64,000 nucleotides of DNA from Burkholderiaceae bacterium (GCA_018780645.1 JADMJJ010000040.1:28346-92345), one strand, 5' to 3'; shown: positions 44,498-54,924, numbered from the stretch's first letter. The notes: generated by a model from the letters alone, not told the origin. Numbers and translations: made by a program.

Positions 44498-45301
44498 ATG
44501 CAAGAGTCCCAGGTTCTGCTGTCCCAGGAAGGTGCCGTGCGCACCTTCACGCTCAACCGGCCAGCGGCGCTGAACAGTTTCACGACCCAGATGCTGGGCG
44601 AGTTGCTGGTCGCCTTCGAGGCCTCCGCGGCCGATGCCAGCGTGCGCTGCATCGTCGTCACCGGAGCCGGCCGCGGTTTTTGCGCAGGTCAGGATCTGTC
44701 CGACCCGGCGATCAAGCCCGATCTGACGCCCGGCGCCGCGCCCAAGGACATTGGCGCGTTGCTCGACGGCTTCTACATTCCGCTGGCCCTGCGTGTGCGC
44801 AGCATGCCCATTCCCGTGATCGCCGCCGTCAATGGCGTGGCGGCCGGCGCCGGCGCCAATTTTGCGCTGGGTTGCGATCTGGTGCTGGCCGGCCAGTCGG
44901 CCAGCTTCATCCAGGCTTTCTCAAAGATCGGTCTGGTGCCCGATTGCGGCGGCACCTGGCTGCTGCCCCGTCTGGTCGGGCGTGCGCAGGCGATGGCCCT
45001 GACCCTGCTGGGCGACAAGCTGCCAGCCGAGCAGGCCCAGGCGCTGGGCATGATTTACCGCTGTGTGCCCGATGTCGAGCTGGCCGAGCGGGCTCAGGCG
45101 CTGGCCCAGCGCGTGGCCGCAATGCCGGTGGCCGCACTCGCCGCCACCCGCCAGGCGCTGGACAGCGCGATGCAGATGGACTGGGCTACCGCTCTGGCCC
45201 AGGAAGCCGCGCTGCAGCGCCAGCTGGGCATGGCGCACGACTATCAGGAGGGCGCCTCGGCCTTTCTGCAAAAGCGTCAGCCGACGTTCACCGACCGCTG
45301 A
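44498..45301 (+). CDS. paaG: 2-(1,2-epoxy-1,2-dihydrophenyl)acetyl-CoA isomerase PaaG (crotonase family)
   Basis: GAGGAAG lies before the ATG at 44498. VVTGAGRGFCAGQDL is a crotonase signature. It is located in the paa cluster. Confidence 0.85.
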   Translation: MQESQVLLSQEGAVRTFTLNRPAALNSFTTQMLGELLVAFEASAADASVRCIVVTGAGRGFCAGQDLSDPAIKPDLTPGAAPKDIGALLDGFYIPLALRVRSMPIPVIAAVNGVAAGAGANFALGCDLVLAGQSASFIQAFSKIGLVPDCGGTWLLPRLVGRAQAMALTLLGDKLPAEQAQALGMIYRCVPDVELAERAQALAQRVAAMPVAALAATRQALDSAMQMDWATALAQEAALQRQLGMAHDYQEGASAFLQKRQPTFTDR

Positions 45302-45762
45302 TGCCCATGTCCGCAACTCACACACCACAGCAGGTGGCCGAAGCCGTGCGCGACGCAATGTTCGCCAACGACCGTGCCTCCAAATCGATGGGCATGGAGA
45401 TACTGGCCGTCGGGCCGGGCACGGCCACCTTGCGGATGGCCGTGCGCGACGACATGCTCAACGGCTTCGACATCTGCCATGGCGGCTTCATCACCACCCT
45501 GGCCGACTCGGCCTTTGCCTTTGCATGCAATTCGCACAATGAATTGACGGTGGCCTCCGGCTTCGCGATCGACATCGTCGCGCCCGGCCGCGAGGGAGAC
45601 ACGCTCACCGCGGTGGCCGGCGAGGTTTCGCTGTCCGGCCGCACCGGCGTTTACGACATCACCATCAGGAATCAGCGCGACGAACTGGTCGCGGTGTTCC
45701 GCGGCAAGAGCTACCGGATCAAGGGCAAGCCCGTGGTGCCCGGTCTTGTCGCGCAGGCATAG
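45301..45762 (+). CDS. paaI: Hydroxyphenylacetyl-CoA thioesterase PaaI (hotdog fold)
   Basis: The TGATG junction overlaps paaG. NGFDICHGGFITTLADSAFAFA is the PaaI-type motif. Confidence 0.85.
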   Translation: MPMSATHTPQQVAEAVRDAMFANDRASKSMGMEILAVGPGTATLRMAVRDDMLNGFDICHGGFITTLADSAFAFACNSHNELTVASGFAIDIVAPGREGDTLTAVAGEVSLSGRTGVYDITIRNQRDELVAVFRGKSYRIKGKPVVPGLVAQA

Positions 45763-45773
45763 GAGCAACAGAC

Positions 45774-47084
45774 ATGACGGCCAAGACCCCCGCCCCCGGC
45801 GAACTCGAAGCGATAGAGACCGCCAGCCGCGACGAACTGCAGGCCCTGCAGCTGCAGCGTCTGCAATGGTCGCTGCAGCACGCCTACGACAACGTCGCGC
45901 ACTACAAGAATGCCTTCGATGCCAAGGGCGTGCACCCGAGCGACTTGAAGACCCTGGCCGATCTGGCCAAGTTTCCCTTCATGACCAAGAAGGACCTGCG
46001 CGACCACTATCCCTTCGGCCTGTTCGCCGTGCCGCGCGAAGATGTGGTGCGCATCCATGCCTCGTCGGGCACGACGGGCAAGCCGACCGTGGTGGGTTAC
46101 ACCGCCAAGGACATCGACACCTGGGCCAATCTGGTCGCCCGCTCGATCCGCGCCTCGGGCGGCCGCAAGGGCGACATCATCCACATCGCCTACGGTTATG
46201 GCCTCTTCACCGGCGGCCTGGGCGCGCATTACGGCGCCGAACGGCTCGGTTGCACGGTGATACCGATGTCTGGCGGCCAGACCGAGAAACAGGTGCAGCT
46301 GATACAGGACTTCAAGCCGGACATCATCATGGTCACACCCAGCTATATGCAGGTGATCATCGAGGAGTTTGAGCGCCAGAAGATGGACCCGCGCGAGATG
46401 TCGATCAAGGTCGGCATCTTCGGTGCCGAGCCCTGGACCGAGGCGATGCGCCGCGAGATCGAGACCAAGGCCGGGCTGGACGCTGTCGACATCTACGGCC
46501 TGTCCGAGGTCATGGGCCCCGGCGTGGCCAATGAGTGCATTGAGTCCAAGGACGGCCCGGTGATCTGGGAAGACCATTTCTACCCGGAGATCGTCGACCC
46601 GGAAACCGGCGAAGTGCTGCCCGATGGCTCCGAGGGCGAACTGGTGTTCACCTCGCTGACCAAGGAGGCTTTGCCGGTGATCCGCTACCGCACCCGCGAC
46701 CTGACGCGCCTGCTGCCGCCGACCGCGCGCAGCATGCGTCGCATGGGCAAGATCGTCGGCCGCAGCGACGACATGCTGATCATCCGCGGCGTGAACATGT
46801 TCCCGACGCAGATCGAGGAGCTGGTGCTGCAGGAACCGGCACTCTCTGGCCAGTACCAGATCGTCGTCTCGCGCGACGGCCATCTCGACGCCGTCGAGGT
46901 GCGTTGCGAGTTGCAGGTCGCCGCCCAGGGCGCCGACGTGGGCGCGATCACCAAGTCGCTGCAGCACCGCATCAAAACCTTGATCGGCGTCAGCACCCGC
47001 GTGGTGATAGGCGCGCCAGACTCGATAGAGCGCACGCTGGTGGGCAAGGCCCGCCGCGTGATCGATCAAAGACCCAAGTCATGA
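45774..47084 (+). CDS. paaK: Phenylacetate--CoA ligase
   Basis: FPFMTKKDLRDHYPFGLFA and SSGTTGKPTVVGYT, at the typical PaaK length of 436 aa. Confidence 0.95.
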   Translation: MTAKTPAPGELEAIETASRDELQALQLQRLQWSLQHAYDNVAHYKNAFDAKGVHPSDLKTLADLAKFPFMTKKDLRDHYPFGLFAVPREDVVRIHASSGTTGKPTVVGYTAKDIDTWANLVARSIRASGGRKGDIIHIAYGYGLFTGGLGAHYGAERLGCTVIPMSGGQTEKQVQLIQDFKPDIIMVTPSYMQVIIEEFERQKMDPREMSIKVGIFGAEPWTEAMRREIETKAGLDAVDIYGLSEVMGPGVANECIESKDGPVIWEDHFYPEIVDPETGEVLPDGSEGELVFTSLTKEALPVIRYRTRDLTRLLPPTARSMRRMGKIVGRSDDMLIIRGVNMFPTQIEELVLQEPALSGQYQIVVSRDGHLDAVEVRCELQVAAQGADVGAITKSLQHRIKTLIGVSTRVVIGAPDSIERTLVGKARRVIDQRPKS

Positions 47085-47087
47085 ACC

Positions 47088-47144
47088 GTAGCCCGGATGC
47101 AATCCGGGGGTAGTTCGCGTGGCCCCGGATTGCATCCGGGCTAC
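47088..47144. repeat. REP-like inverted pair between paaK and paaA
   Basis: GTAGCCCGGATGCAATCCGGGG at 47088-47109 and CCCCGGATTGCATCCGGGCTAC at 47123-47144, separated by a 13-nt spacer. Confidence 0.88.
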
Positions 47145-47163
47145 GCATTCAAGGAGAGCAAGG

Positions 47164-48165
47164 ATGTACACCCAAGCGATGAGCGTAGGCCCGCAGGATG
47201 TGGCCGCCAAGGTGAAGAGTGTCGAGGACGCGCAGCGTGAGGAGGCCTTCGAGGCCCGCATCGCCGCCGGCGACTTCATCGAGGCCAAGGACTGGATGCC
47301 CGAGCACTACCGCAAGACGCTGGTGCGGCAGATCAGCCAGCATGCGCACTCGGAGATCGTCGGCATGCTGCCCGAGGGCAACTGGATCACCCGCGCGCCC
47401 ACGCTCAAGCGCAAGGCCATTCTGCTGGCCAAGGTGCAGGACGAGGGCGGCCACGGCCTCTATCTCTACTCGGCTGCAGAGACCCTGGGCACGACCCGCG
47501 ACCAGATGCTGGACGCGCTGCACAGCGGCAAGGCCAAGTACAGCTCGATCTTCAACTACCCGACCCTGACCTGGGCCGATATCGGCGTGATCGGCTGGCT
47601 GGTCGATGGCGCGGCCATCATGAACCAGGTGCCGCTGTGCCGCTGCTCGTTCGCCCCCTATGCCCGCGCGATGATTCGCGTCTGCCGCGAGGAGAGCTTC
47701 CACCAGCGCCAGGGCTATGAAAGCCTGCTGGTGATGATGCAGAGCGGCACGGCCGAGCAGAAGGCCATGGTGCAGGACGCTGTCAATCGCTGGTGGTGGC
47801 CCTCGCTGATGATGTTCGGCCCGGCCGACAAGGACTCGCCGAACTCCGAGCAGTCGATGCGCTGGGGCATCAAGCGCATCTCCAACGACGATCTGCGCCA
47901 GAAGTTCGTCGACGCGACTATCCCGCAGGCCGATGTGCTTGGCGTGACCGTGCCCGACGCCGACCTGAAGTGGAACGAGGCCCGCGAGCACTATGACTTC
48001 GGCGCCATCGACTGGGCCGAGTTCTGGCGCGTCGTCGGTGGCGACGGCCCCTGCAACCGCGAGCGTCTGGCCAACCGCGTCAAGGCCTGGGACGAGGGTG
48101 CCTGGGTGCGCGAAGCCGCACTGGCCCATTCCCGCAAGCAAGCAACCCAGGCCCGGGCGGCCTGA
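47164..48165 (+). CDS. paaA: 1,2-phenylacetyl-CoA epoxidase subunit A
   Basis: AAGGAG lies before the ATG at 47164. The ferritin-like di-iron motifs are [10 protein letters not shown] and EESFHQRQG. Confidence 0.95.
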   Translation: MYTQAMSVGPQDVAAKVKSVEDAQREEAFEARIAAGDFIEAKDWMPEHYRKTLVRQISQHAHSEIVGMLPEGNWITRAPTLKRKAILLAKVQDEGGHGLYLYSAAETLGTTRDQMLDALHSGKAKYSSIFNYPTLTWADIGVIGWLVDGAAIMNQVPLCRCSFAPYARAMIRVCREESFHQRQGYESLLVMMQSGTAEQKAMVQDAVNRWWWPSLMMFGPADKDSPNSEQSMRWGIKRISNDDLRQKFVDATIPQADVLGVTVPDADLKWNEAREHYDFGAIDWAEFWRVVGGDGPCNRERLANRVKAWDEGAWVREAALAHSRKQATQARAA

Positions 48166-48185
48166 GCCGACAAGGAATCAAGATC

Positions 48186-48500
48186 ATGAGCGACAACAAG
48201 CAAGCTTCGTCTGCTACCGCCACCGAATGGCCGCTGTGGGAGGTGTTCGTGCGCAGCAAGGCAGGCCTCGACCACAAGCACTGCGGCAGCCTGCACGCCG
48301 CGGACGCCAAGATGGCCGTGCAACTGGCCCGCGACGTCTACACCCGCCGCCAGGAAGGCACAAGCATCTGGGTCGTGCTGTCCAGCCAGATCGTCGCCTC
48401 GGACCCGGGCGAGAAGGGCATGTACTTCGATCCGATGGAAGACAAGGTGTACCGCCACCCGACCTTTTATCAGCTGCCCGAATCCGTTGACCACATGTAA
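48186..48500 (+). CDS. paaB: 1,2-phenylacetyl-CoA epoxidase subunit B
   Basis: 104 aa. WPLWEVFVRSKAGLDHKHCGSLHAAD is characteristic of PaaB. Confidence 0.93.
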   Translation: MSDNKQASSATATEWPLWEVFVRSKAGLDHKHCGSLHAADAKMAVQLARDVYTRRQEGTSIWVVLSSQIVASDPGEKGMYFDPMEDKVYRHPTFYQLPESVDHM

Positions 48501-48510
48501 AGGCAGGGCG

Positions 48511-49287
48511 ATGAGCACTCCATCCATTCACGTCGGCGACTCCGCCTCGGTGCGCTACCTGCTGCGCCTGGCCGACAGCTGCCTGATCCTCTCCCAGCGC
48601 CTGGGCGAGTGGTGCGGCCACGGCCCCATCCTCGAAGAAGACCTGGCGCTGACCAATATGGCGCTGGACCTGGTGGGCCAGGCCCGCGGCCTGCTGACGC
48701 GCGTCGGCCAGCTCGACGGCAAGGGCCATGACGAGGACCAGCTGGCCTTTTTGCGCGAGGAACGCCACTACTACAACCCGGTGCTGATGGAGCTGCCGCG
48801 CGGCGATTTCGCCTTCACCCAGGTGCGCAACTTCGCCGTCGCCACCTGGCTGGAGCTGCTGTGGCAGCGGCTGCAGACGTCCAGCGACGCCGAGGTGGCC
48901 GCCATTGCCGCCAAGGCGGTGAAGGAGGCCCGCTACCAGCAGCAGCATGCGGCCGACTGGGTCGTTCGTCTGGGCGACGGCACGGCCGAATCGAAGGCCC
49001 GCATGGAGGCCGCCTTGAGCACGCTGTGGCCCTTCTTCAACGAGCTGTTCGTCGACGACGCGGTCGATGCCGCGGCGGTGCACAGCGGCCTGGGTCCGGC
49101 CTGGAGCGAGCTGAAGGCCGAGTGGCAGCAGGCCATGGACGCGGTGCTGGACGAGGCCGGACTGGCCCAGCCCAAGCCCAGCGCCTATGTCTCCGCCGGC
49201 CGCCAGGGCGTGCATAGCGAGCACATGGGCCATATGCTGGCCGAGATGCAGTATCTGCAGCGCGCTTACCCCGGCGGGGTTTGGTAA
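48511..49287 (+). CDS. paaC: 1,2-phenylacetyl-CoA epoxidase subunit C
   Basis: The ATG at 48511 gives YLLRLADSCLILSQRLGEWCGHGPILEEDLALTNMALDLVGQAR. Confidence 0.9.
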   Translation: MSTPSIHVGDSASVRYLLRLADSCLILSQRLGEWCGHGPILEEDLALTNMALDLVGQARGLLTRVGQLDGKGHDEDQLAFLREERHYYNPVLMELPRGDFAFTQVRNFAVATWLELLWQRLQTSSDAEVAAIAAKAVKEARYQQQHAADWVVRLGDGTAESKARMEAALSTLWPFFNELFVDDAVDAAAVHSGLGPAWSELKAEWQQAMDAVLDEAGLAQPKPSAYVSAGRQGVHSEHMGHMLAEMQYLQRAYPGGVW

Positions 49288-49292
49288 GCGCC

Positions 49293-49820
49293 ATGACAAC
49301 GCCGATGGCCAATACCTGTGGCCGCCTGGAGGCGGCATGGGAGGTGCTGCGCCAGATCCCCGACCCCGAGGTGCCGGTGATCTCGCTGGCCGAGCTGGGC
49401 ATCGTGCGCGACCTTCGCGAGACCGCAGGCGGCCTGGAGGTGGTGCTGACGCCCACCTATTCCGGCTGCCCGGCCACCGAGCTGATTCAGGACAATGTGC
49501 GCGCCGGCCTGGCCGCCTTCGGCGAGATCCAGATCACCATGCAGCGCGCACCGGCCTGGACGACCGACTGGATCAGCGAGGAGGGCAGGGCCAAGCTGCG
49601 GGCCTACGGCATCGTGCCGCCTGGGCTGACCCATCTGAACCCATTGGCACAGGGCCAGCCGATCCGCTTCGTGCGTCGTGGCGCATCGGCCCGCCTGGCC
49701 TGCCCGCACTGCGGCAGCGAGAACACCGAGAAGACCTCGGCCTTTGGTTCCACTCCCTGCAAGGCGCTGTACCGCTGCCTGGCCTGCCTGGAACCGTTCG
49801 AGCATTTCAAACCGATCTAG
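49293..49820 (+). CDS. paaD: 1,2-phenylacetyl-CoA epoxidase subunit D (DUF59/SufT-like plus Cys-rich C-terminus)
   Basis: IPDPEVPVISLAELGIVR...TPTYSGCPA and the C-terminal CPHCGS...CLACLEPFEHFK. ATG at 49293, with TTG at 49281 also possible. Confidence 0.9.
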   Translation: MTTPMANTCGRLEAAWEVLRQIPDPEVPVISLAELGIVRDLRETAGGLEVVLTPTYSGCPATELIQDNVRAGLAAFGEIQITMQRAPAWTTDWISEEGRAKLRAYGIVPPGLTHLNPLAQGQPIRFVRRGASARLACPHCGSENTEKTSAFGSTPCKALYRCLACLEPFEHFKPI

Positions 49821-49836
49821 AGCCACAGGATCCACC

Positions 49837-50916
49837 ATGAGCCTGCATTTCCATCCCCTGCGCGTGCGTGAGGTGCGCCCCGACACCGAAGAGGCCGTGA
49901 TCGTCAGCTTCGACGTGCCCGCCGAGTTGAGCGAGGCCTTCAGGTTCACCCAGGGCCAGTACCTGACACTGCGTAACGACGTGGGCGGAGAGGACCTGCG
50001 CCGCTCCTATTCGATCTGCGCCGGCGTCGATGACGGCGAGTTGCGCGTCGGCGTGCGCCGCGTCGGCGGTGGCCGGTTCTCGAACTGGGTCAACAGCGAA
50101 CTGAAGGCCGGCGATGTCCTGCAGGTCTATCCGCCGCAGGGCCGCTTCTTCGTGCCGGTCGAGCCCGCCAGCCAGCGCCACTATCTGGGCATCGCCGGCG
50201 GCTCGGGCATCACGCCGATACTGTCCATCATGAAGACCATGCTGGCCCGCGAGCCCGGCAGCCGCTTCACCTTGATCTACGGCAACCGCCGCCAGGCCTC
50301 GACGATGTTCAAGGAAGAGATCGAGGACCTGAAGAACCAGTACCTGACCCGCGTCAGCCTGCATCATGTGTTCAGCGATGAGGCCACCGACTCACCGCTG
50401 ATGGCCGGCATCATGAACCGCGACAAGATCGCCGAGTTCCTGGGCACCCTGGTGGCGCCGGCCGGCATCGCCCATGCCTTCATCTGCGGCCCCTACCAGA
50501 TGAACGACGAGGCTGAGGCCGCGTTGCTGGGCGCTGGCGTGGCCCAGGAGCGCATCCACATCGAGCGCTTCGGCACACCGGAGATGCTGCAGGGCAAGGC
50601 CCCGCCGCATGAGGTGCGCCCCGAGGACGCCGAGAGCGCCCGCGTCGTCGTGATACGCGATGGCGTGTCGCGCGAGATCGAGTTCAGCAAGAACGACCCC
50701 AGCATCCTGGACGCCGCCGCCCGCGCCGGCATGGATGTGCCGTTCTCGTGCAAGAGCGGTGTCTGCTCGACGTGCCGCTGCAAGCTGCTGGAGGGTGAGG
50801 TGCGCATGGACAAGAACTTCGCGCTTGAGAAGCACGAGATCGCCGCCGGCTTCATCCTCAGCTGCCAGGCTCATCCGCTGACGCCGAGGGTCGTCATTTC
50901 ATACGACGAGCGCTGA
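49837..50916 (+). CDS. paaE: 1,2-phenylacetyl-CoA epoxidase reductase subunit E (FNR-like plus 2Fe-2S ferredoxin)
   Basis: RSYSICA FAD-binding motif, the GIAGGSGITP NAD-binding motif, and the CKSGVCSTCRC plant-type ferredoxin cluster. Confidence 0.92.
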   Translation: MSLHFHPLRVREVRPDTEEAVIVSFDVPAELSEAFRFTQGQYLTLRNDVGGEDLRRSYSICAGVDDGELRVGVRRVGGGRFSNWVNSELKAGDVLQVYPPQGRFFVPVEPASQRHYLGIAGGSGITPILSIMKTMLAREPGSRFTLIYGNRRQASTMFKEEIEDLKNQYLTRVSLHHVFSDEATDSPLMAGIMNRDKIAEFLGTLVAPAGIAHAFICGPYQMNDEAEAALLGAGVAQERIHIERFGTPEMLQGKAPPHEVRPEDAESARVVVIRDGVSREIEFSKNDPSILDAAARAGMDVPFSCKSGVCSTCRCKLLEGEVRMDKNFALEKHEIAAGFILSCQAHPLTPRVVISYDER

Positions 50917-51536
50917 TGGCACGCGGACGCGCCCCGGGTTTTGAGTCGCAGCGTGACGAGATCGTCCGTCACGCCGCCCAGCTGTTTGCCCGCAAGGGTT
51001 ATACGGGCACCTCGATGAACGAGGTGGCCGAGGCCTGCGCGGTGTCCAAGCCCACGCTCTACCACTATGTGCGCGACAAGTACGAACTGCTGGTGCTGAT
51101 CGCCGAGGGCCATGTGACGCGGCTGGCCCATCTGATCGAGGAGGTGGATGTCGTGCCGCGTTCGCCCGAGGAGCGGCTGCGCGCCTTGATCACCCGCTTT
51201 GTGCGGGAGTACTCCGAGGCCCAGCATCACCACCGGGTGCTGACCGAGGATGTGAAATTCCTGAACGAGGAAGACCAGACCCGTGTGCTCGATCTGGAGC
51301 GCCGCGTGGTGACGGCTTTTGCCAACGCCGTGGCCGCGGTGCGACCCGAATTGCTGGCCGCGCAGCTGCACAAGCCGCTGACCATGCTTTTATTTGGCAT
51401 GATCAACTGGATGTTCACCTGGCTCAAACCCGAGGGTGAGCTGACCTACGACGCCATGGCGCCGATGGTGGCCGACCTGTTTTTTGGTGGCATAGGTGCG
51501 GTGAAAGCCGAGCCGGCCACGGCCGAACTGGCGTGA
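50916..51536 (+). CDS. TetR family transcriptional regulator (candidate paa regulator, PaaR-like)
   Basis: HTH segment TSMNEVAEACAVSKPTLYHYVRDK. The TGATG junction overlaps paaE. Confidence 0.8.
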   Translation: MARGRAPGFESQRDEIVRHAAQLFARKGYTGTSMNEVAEACAVSKPTLYHYVRDKYELLVLIAEGHVTRLAHLIEEVDVVPRSPEERLRALITRFVREYSEAQHHHRVLTEDVKFLNEEDQTRVLDLERRVVTAFANAVAAVRPELLAAQLHKPLTMLLFGMINWMFTWLKPEGELTYDAMAPMVADLFFGGIGAVKAEPATAELA

Positions 51537-51588
51537 TCCGAAGCAACGAGTTCCTTGATTCCGATAAACCACGAAGGAGACGAAGACC

Positions 51589-52734
51589 ATGAAATTCATC
51601 AAACACCTGCTGGCCCTGGCCGCGCTGAGTGCCACCGTGAGCGTGCAAGCCGACATCAATGTGGGCGTGACCCTGTCCACCACCGGTGCCGCCGCCTCGC
51701 TGGGCATTCCCGAGAAGAACACCATCACCCTGCTGCCCACCACCATCGGTGGCCAGAAGGTCAACTACATCGTGCTGGACGATTCGTCGGATACCACGGC
51801 CGCCGTGTCCAACACGCGCAAGCTGATCACCGAGCACAAGGTCGATGTGGTGATCGGCTCCACCGTCACGCCCAACTCGCTGGCCATGGTCGACGTGGTC
51901 GCCGAGGCGCAGACGCCTATGCTGTCGATCGCCGCCTCCTCGCGCATCGTCGAGCCGGTGGACGCGAAGAAGCGCTGGGTCTTCAAGACGCCGCAGAACG
52001 ACATCATGATGGCCCTGGCCATCGTCCAGCACATGGTGGACAACGGCGTGAAGACGGCCGGCTATATCGGCTTTGCCGACGCCTATGGCGAGGGCTGGTA
52101 CCAGGAGTTCGTCAAGATCGCCGGCATCAAGGGCCTGCAGGTCGTGGCCAATGAACGCTTCAACCGCAATGACACCTCGGTCACCGGCCAGGTGCTGAAG
52201 GTGATGGCGGCCAAGCCCGATGCGGTGCTGATCGGTGGCTCGGGCACGCCTGCGGTGTTGCCGCAAAAGACGCTGAAGGAGCGTGGCTACGCCGGCAAGT
52301 ACTACCAGACCCATGGCGTGGCCAATAACGACTTCCTGCGCGTCGGTGGCAAGGACGTCGAGGGCACCTTCCTGCCGGCCGGCCCGGTGCTGGTGGCCGC
52401 TCAGCTGCCCGCCAACCACCCGGTGCGCAAGAGCGCGCTGGACTACACGGCCAAGTACGAGGCGGCCTTCGGCAAGGGTTCGGTCAGCACCTTTGGCGGC
52501 CACGCCTGGGACATCGGCCTGCTGCTGCAGCACGCGGTGCCGGTGGCGCTGAAGAAGGCCCAGCCTGGCACGCCGGCCTTCCGCGCCGCGCTGCGCGATG
52601 CGCTCGAAGGCTCGAAGGACATCGCCGGCGCCCATGGTGTGTTCAATATGTCGCCCAACGACCACCTGGGTCTGGACCAGCGCGCCCGCGTGATGGTCAG
52701 GATCGAGAACGGCACCTGGAAGTACATCCCCTGA
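51589..52734 (+). CDS. ABC transporter substrate-binding protein (LivK/branched-chain amino acid type), orphan
   Basis: Signal peptide MKFIKHLLALAALSATVSVQA, with periplasmic-binding-protein type I organisation. No permease or ATPase gene is adjacent. Confidence 0.85.
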   Translation: MKFIKHLLALAALSATVSVQADINVGVTLSTTGAAASLGIPEKNTITLLPTTIGGQKVNYIVLDDSSDTTAAVSNTRKLITEHKVDVVIGSTVTPNSLAMVDVVAEAQTPMLSIAASSRIVEPVDAKKRWVFKTPQNDIMMALAIVQHMVDNGVKTAGYIGFADAYGEGWYQEFVKIAGIKGLQVVANERFNRNDTSVTGQVLKVMAAKPDAVLIGGSGTPAVLPQKTLKERGYAGKYYQTHGVANNDFLRVGGKDVEGTFLPAGPVLVAAQLPANHPVRKSALDYTAKYEAAFGKGSVSTFGGHAWDIGLLLQHAVPVALKKAQPGTPAFRAALRDALEGSKDIAGAHGVFNMSPNDHLGLDQRARVMVRIENGTWKYIP

Positions 52735-52754
52735 TTGAGTTGGTTTGACGGTGG

Positions 52755-52845
52755 CCCCGGTCTTGCATCCGGGCTACCTGGTTCACGCATGGCCCCGGAT
52801 TGCATCCGGGCTACCAACTCTCCGTAGCCCGGATGCAATCCGGGG
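52755..52845. repeat. REP-like cluster (one degenerate plus two intact units)
   Basis: Degenerate CCCCGGTCTTGCATCCGGGCTAC at 52755-52777, CCCCGGATTGCATCCGGGCTAC at 52793-52814, and the inverted GTAGCCCGGATGCAATCCGGGG at 52824-52845. Confidence 0.85.
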
Positions 52846-52872
52846 CCGTCCCATTTTTCAATCGAGCCCGTC

Positions 52873-54924
52873 ATGAGCAGCACCCCCATCCTCCAAAGTT
52901 TCATCGCCGACCGCTGGGTGGGCGCACAGGCCGGCAAGGCCCTGCACAGCGCCATCGACGGCCATGCCGTGGCCCTGGCCCATGCCGACGAGCTCGACTT
53001 CGCCGAGGCGCTGCATCACGGCCGCACGCGCGGCCTGAAGGCGCTGACGGCCATGCACTTTCAGCAACGCGCGGCCATACTGCGTGCGTTGGGCGCCTAT
53101 CTGCTGGAGCACAAGGAGCAGCTCTATGCGGTGTCACACCACACCGGCGCCACCCGCGCCGACAGCTGGATCGACATCGAGGGCGGTGCCGGCACGCTGT
53201 ACGCCTATGCCAGCATGGGCGCCAACGAGCTGCCGTCCAGCAATGTGATGCACGAGGGCCCGGTGCAGCAGCTGGGCAAGGGCGGCCAGTTCTTCGGCAC
53301 CCACATCCTGGTGCCGCGCGGCGGCGTCGCGGTGCACATCAATGCCTTCAATTTCCCGATCTGGGGCCTGCTGGAGAAGTTCGCCCCGGCATTTCTGGCC
53401 GGCATGCCCTGCATCGCCAAGCCGGCCACGGCGACCAGCTATCTGACCGAAGCGGCCGTGCGCCTGATGCACGCCTCGGGCCTGCTGCCCGAGGGCAGCC
53501 TGCAGCTGATCGTCGGCACCAGCGGCGACCTGCTGGACCGCCTGACCGAGCAGGACCTGGTGACCTTCACCGGCTCGGCCGACACGGCGGCGATGCTGCG
53601 CGCCAACAAGAATTTGATCAAGAACTCGGTGCCGTTCAATGCCGAGGCCGATTCGCTGAACTGCTCGATACTGGCGCCCGACGTGACGCCGGACGACGAG
53701 GAGTTCGATCTCTTCATCAAGGAAGTCGCCAAGGAGATGACCGCCAAGGCCGGCCAGAAGTGCACGGCCATTCGCCGCGCCATCGTGCCGCGCGCGCGGC
53801 TCGATGCGGTGGCCAGCAAGCTGCGCGAGCGCCTGGCCAAGATCGTTGTCGGTGATCCGTCCATCGAGGGCGTGCGCATGGGCGCGCTCGCCTCCAAGGC
53901 CCAGCAGTCCGATGTGGCCGAGCGCCTGGCGCTGCTGCTGGAGGGCAACGAGCTGGTGTTCGGCGAGCGCGATGGCTTTGCGCCGGTGGGCGAGGGCGTC
54001 GCTGCCGGCGCCTTCTTCGCCCCCTCGCTGGTGCTGTGCCGCGATGCCTTTGGCAACGCCCATGTGCACAACGTCGAGGCCTTCGGGCCGGTCAGCACCC
54101 TGATGGCCTATGACGATGTCGATGAGGCGATCGCGCTGGCCGCCAAGGGCCGCGGCAGCCTGGTCGGCAGCCTGGTGACCCATGACCCGTTGATCGCCGC
54201 GCGCATCGTGCCGGCCGCTGCGGCCTACCACGGCCGCATCCTGGTGCTGGACCGCGACGCCGCCAAGGAGTCCACCGGCCACGGCTCGCCGCTGCCGCAG
54301 CTCAAGCATGGTGGCCCGGGACGGGCCGGCGGTGGCGAGGAGCTCGGCGGCCTGCGCGCCGTCAAGCATTACCTGCAGCGCACGGCGGTGCAGGGCTCAC
54401 CGACGATGATCACGGCCATCACCGGCGAGTACCAGCGCGGGGGCGCGGTGCGCGAGGATGGCATCCATCCCTTCCGCAAGCACTTCGAGGACATCCAGGT
54501 CGGCGATTCGCTGCTGACCCACCGCCGCACCGTCAGCGAGGCCGACATCGTCAACTTCGGCGGCATCTCGGGCGACTTCTTCTACATGCACTTCGACGAG
54601 ATCGCGGCCAAGAAGACGCAGTTCGGCAAGCGCATCGCACACGGCTATTTCGTGCTGTCGGCGGCGGCCGGCCTGTTCGTGTCGCCGGGCGAGGGGCCGG
54701 TTCTTGCCAACTATGGCCTGGACACGCTGCGCTTCGTCAAGCCGGTGGGCATTGGCGACACCATCCGTGCGCGCCTGACCTGCAAACGCAAGATCGACCG
54801 GCCCACCAAGCGCGACCAGCAGCCCCAGGGCGTGGTGGCCTGGGATGTGGCGGTGACGAATCAGGATGACGAGCTGGTGGCCAGCTATGACATCCTGACG
54901 CTGGTCTTGAAGCGCGGCGGTTGA
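52873..54924 (+). CDS. paaZ: Bifunctional oxepin-CoA hydrolase / 3-oxo-5,6-dehydrosuberyl-CoA semialdehyde dehydrogenase PaaZ (ALDH plus MaoC)
   Basis: 683 aa. N-terminal aldehyde dehydrogenase domain ([11 protein letters not shown]..., FTGSADTA) and C-terminal MaoC hotdog domain (DFFYMHFDE...HGYF). Confidence 0.92.
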   Translation: MSSTPILQSFIADRWVGAQAGKALHSAIDGHAVALAHADELDFAEALHHGRTRGLKALTAMHFQQRAAILRALGAYLLEHKEQLYAVSHHTGATRADSWIDIEGGAGTLYAYASMGANELPSSNVMHEGPVQQLGKGGQFFGTHILVPRGGVAVHINAFNFPIWGLLEKFAPAFLAGMPCIAKPATATSYLTEAAVRLMHASGLLPEGSLQLIVGTSGDLLDRLTEQDLVTFTGSADTAAMLRANKNLIKNSVPFNAEADSLNCSILAPDVTPDDEEFDLFIKEVAKEMTAKAGQKCTAIRRAIVPRARLDAVASKLRERLAKIVVGDPSIEGVRMGALASKAQQSDVAERLALLLEGNELVFGERDGFAPVGEGVAAGAFFAPSLVLCRDAFGNAHVHNVEAFGPVSTLMAYDDVDEAIALAAKGRGSLVGSLVTHDPLIAARIVPAAAAYHGRILVLDRDAAKESTGHGSPLPQLKHGGPGRAGGGEELGGLRAVKHYLQRTAVQGSPTMITAITGEYQRGGAVREDGIHPFRKHFEDIQVGDSLLTHRRTVSEADIVNFGGISGDFFYMHFDEIAAKKTQFGKRIAHGYFVLSAAAGLFVSPGEGPVLANYGLDTLRFVKPVGIGDTIRARLTCKRKIDRPTKRDQQPQGVVAWDVAVTNQDDELVASYDILTLVLKRGG

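Noticed and set aside
44401-45762. 453-aa plus-strand ORF starting in the paaY/paaG intergenic region
   Set aside because: Only its last ~150 codons (PaaI) are real. The upstream part is the paaG region read out of frame and is Arg/Gly/Pro-rich.
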